This document shows positions 17,750 to 19,450 of a stretch of DNA of 19,450 bases, one piece after another. The notes beneath the pieces are model-generated. The model was not told where the DNA came from. It searched no databases and saw nothing but the letters and a program-made list of their open reading frames with translations. This DNA comes from Candidatus Firestoneibacteriota bacterium (GTDB lineage: Bacteria > Oederibacteriota > D2-FULL-39-29 > JBBTED01): positions 6,308 through 25,757 of the forward strand of contig JBBTED010000015.1 in assembly GCA_038042445.1 (NCBI GenBank), read 5' to 3'. How positions within the stretch are numbered: the stretch's first letter is position 1; the number at the start of each line of letters is the position of its first letter. The translations under genes and the position numbers were made by a program.

Positions 17750-18760
17750 AACTATCATATTAAAGATATGTGTATTTGCAGTGTGAATAATTTTAAAATT
17801 TAATTTACTGATTATTTTGTTTTTTAAAATATTTTTTTCTTTTAATGCTGATTCAACAAGTTCCAGAAACTGTTTATCTTTTGTTAAATCCAAAATATGT
17901 TTTCCAAATAGGTCATTTTTATCTAATAACTGGCTTGCTTTATTGTTGTAAAGCAAAATTTTATTATCATTAATAAGTAAAACGCCTATATCTGATATTG
18001 CATTGATAAGTGTGCTTATTTCTGTTTTTAAATCAACATTTTCATTTTTGTCTGTATTTTGAATAGAAGTCAATTTGTTTGTTAATTTATTTAGCAAAAT
18101 TGCGAGTTCTTGCACTTCACCTTTTGTTTTTAATTTAATTTCCTGATTGAATATTCCTTCTGTTGCTAATTCGAGTGTTTCTTTGATTTTTAAAATCGGG
18201 TTTCTTATACTATTCGCAATTAAAATTGCACTTAAAATAGAGAAAGCAAGTAATATCAATATAAATATTGTGAAATCAGGTAGATATTCCAGTATTGTTT
18301 TATGTTTGTTTGCCAATTTTACAGCAGCAATTCCAGCAGGTTTTTCGTTTTTTTCATCAAGGTAGAATGGAATAACTGCAGTAAATTGTTTTAGATACTC
18401 ATTTTTTTGTAGCAATGTCTTGCCACTTTGCAAATCTAAAAAATCAATTTTGTAGATTTTGCCTGTTTCAGTTGGTTGAGTGTGCGCTATGACTTTACCT
18501 TGATTGTTTATTACTAGAGCATAAATTATTGATTCTCTTCTTGAAAATTCATCTACAAAATTAAGAAGCATAAGGTCATCATTGTTTATAAGTGATATTT
18601 TTGCATATGCTGCTAAATTTGAAACTAATAAATCCGCCTCTTTTTTTTGTTGGTTGTCTGTCAAGTCATTAAGTTTTTGATTTAAAAATAAAAAAGCTGT
18701 GCATATACTTACTATTGTGCACACAATACATACAATAATTATTTTATTTCTAATGTTCAT
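17732..18760 (-). CDS. Membrane sensor-like protein (TM, Cache-like periplasmic domain, TM, HAMP, PAS-like) lacking a kinase/output domain
   Basis: Two TM helices, YALVINNQGKVIAHT (Cache-like), NPILKIKE..GIFNQEI..KGEVQELA (HAMP) and LINAISDIGVLLIND..ILLYNNKA..L..GKHI (PAS-like). No H-box seen. Confidence 0.75.
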   Translation of the reverse strand: MNIRNKIIIVCIVCTIVSICTAFLFLNQKLNDLTDNQQKKEADLLVSNLAAYAKISLINNDDLMLLNFVDEFSRRESIIYALVINNQGKVIAHTQPTETGKIYKIDFLDLQSGKTLLQKNEYLKQFTAVIPFYLDEKNEKPAGIAAVKLANKHKTILEYLPDFTIFILILLAFSILSAILIANSIRNPILKIKETLELATEGIFNQEIKLKTKGEVQELAILLNKLTNKLTSIQNTDKNENVDLKTEISTLINAISDIGVLLINDNKILLYNNKASQLLDKNDLFGKHILDLTKDKQFLELVESALKEKNILKNKIISKLNFKIIHTANTHIFNMIVLICSC

Positions 18761-18764
18761 AGAT

Positions 18765-18810
18765 ATAATTTTTAACTATGGTTCGTCTTTTTTTACCAAA
18801 CTGTTCTTTA
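18765..18810 (-). repeat. Copy 4 of the 39-bp hairpin family (minus strand)
   Basis: The minus strand reads TAAAGAAC-AGTTTGGTAAAAAAAGACGAACCATAGTTAAAAATTAT. The core aligns with copies 1-3 (WGTYYGGY-N8-ACRRACCATA...AAAATTAT). Confidence 0.7.
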
Positions 18811-18838
18811 TGATACCTTTATATAAATCTCAAGTCAA
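18810..18838 (-). promoter_or_regulatory. Putative sigma70 promoter for the sensor-like gene
   Basis: Minus strand: TTGACT (18838-18833), 17-nt spacer, TATCAT (18815-18810). Confidence 0.65.
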
Positions 18839-18881
18839 TAAATTTTAATTAGACTGTCAATTTTCGCAATTATCAGATTTT

Positions 18882-19450
18882 TTAAGTTTTTAATTCAGAA
18901 GTATATTTTTCGATTAGGGAAGCGATTTTTTCCTTAACTGGCATTCTTCCACAGGTTCTCTGGCCTTCATCACAATACAAATAAAAATCGCATTTAGGCG
19001 TAAGATATTGGGCGATAACTGGAAATTTACTTTGCATTTCTTTTTTTACCAACCCCAAAAGTTTTCTAATTTCCCATTGAGAACGATTACACAATCTATA
19101 GTGAGCCACGTGTATTAAATTCCTTAAATTAGTTGTCCATATAACATTTGTTTTTCCTGCATTTGGAATTATAAATCTTGCATCTTCCTGAGACTGTTCT
19201 GATGTTTTACCTTTACCTTTTAAATTTTGAACCTCACTATTATAATAATCTACAATTTGTTTAGTAATATCTTTAAATTTTTCCTCATCCAAAGATGGAG
19301 GAACAACAAAATACTCATAGTCACCAACATTTACATATCTCTGACTTTGTTGATTAAAAGCGCCCATTCTATGCCTAACCAATTGATGAGAACAAGATCT
19401 TGACATACCACTTATTCCAAATGTAAAATTCGCATGCTCCAAAACTGAAC
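18882..19450 (-). CDS. thyX: FAD-dependent thymidylate synthase (5'-truncated by window edge)
   Basis: Frame is open to the window end (..SVLEHANFTFGI). ThyX motif RHR-X7-S in HQLVRHRMGAFNQQSQRYV, plus EDARFIIP and RLCNRSQWEIR. Confidence 0.96.
   Translation of the reverse strand, partial: SVLEHANFTFGISGMSRSCSHQLVRHRMGAFNQQSQRYVNVGDYEYFVVPPSLDEEKFKDITKQIVDYYNSEVQNLKGKGKTSEQSQEDARFIIPNAGKTNVIWTTNLRNLIHVAHYRLCNRSQWEIRKLLGLVKKEMQSKFPVIAQYLTPKCDFYLYCDEGQRTCGRMPVKEKIASLIEKYTSELKT

Noticed and set aside
1228..18365. Antisense/shadow ORFs (e.g. 2925-3251, 8329-8898, 13619-14017, 15121-15648, 16349-16804, 18147-18365)
   Set aside because: All lie opposite well-supported genes and show no recognisable motifs.
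18855..18860. Perfect TTGACA on the minus strand as a second promoter
   Set aside because: No acceptable -10 hexamer at 16-18 nt spacing.

Overview
AT-rich bacterial chromosomal window (roughly 30% GC by eye), mostly housekeeping genes. The + strand carries the 3' part of rpoB, rpoC, a stand-alone corrinoid (B12-binding) protein, two tandem SurA/PrsA-type parvulin PPIases, argJ, a cyclophilin-like (DUF369-type) protein, DUF167/YggU, a 2TM-HAMP protein, comEC, acpS, nnr, a DUF362 plus 2x[4Fe-4S] protein, thiL and tsaE. The - strand carries a sensor-like TM-Cache-TM-HAMP-PAS protein with no output domain and a partial thyX. The genes are mostly ordinary, but most of the larger intergenic gaps hold small repeat elements. 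(1) A ~39-bp hairpin family I do not recognise occurs in 4 copies (7971-8048 x2, 13524-13562, 18765-18810). Its stems covary, it is always co-oriented with transcription, and it lies directly ahead of ATG codons that lack a Shine-Dalgarno sequence. (2) Three GTAG-type REPs have TTTA loops and compensatory stems. (3) A 253-bp MITE has GTAA ends, an 8-bp target duplication and a nested inverted repeat pair. (4) A BoxC-like, G-quadruplex-capable element overlaps the thiL RBS. (5) NNAGTAG heptamer tracts occur at two sites. No transposase, CRISPR array, rRNA or tRNA was seen. All family assignments come from motif recognition, not database searches.
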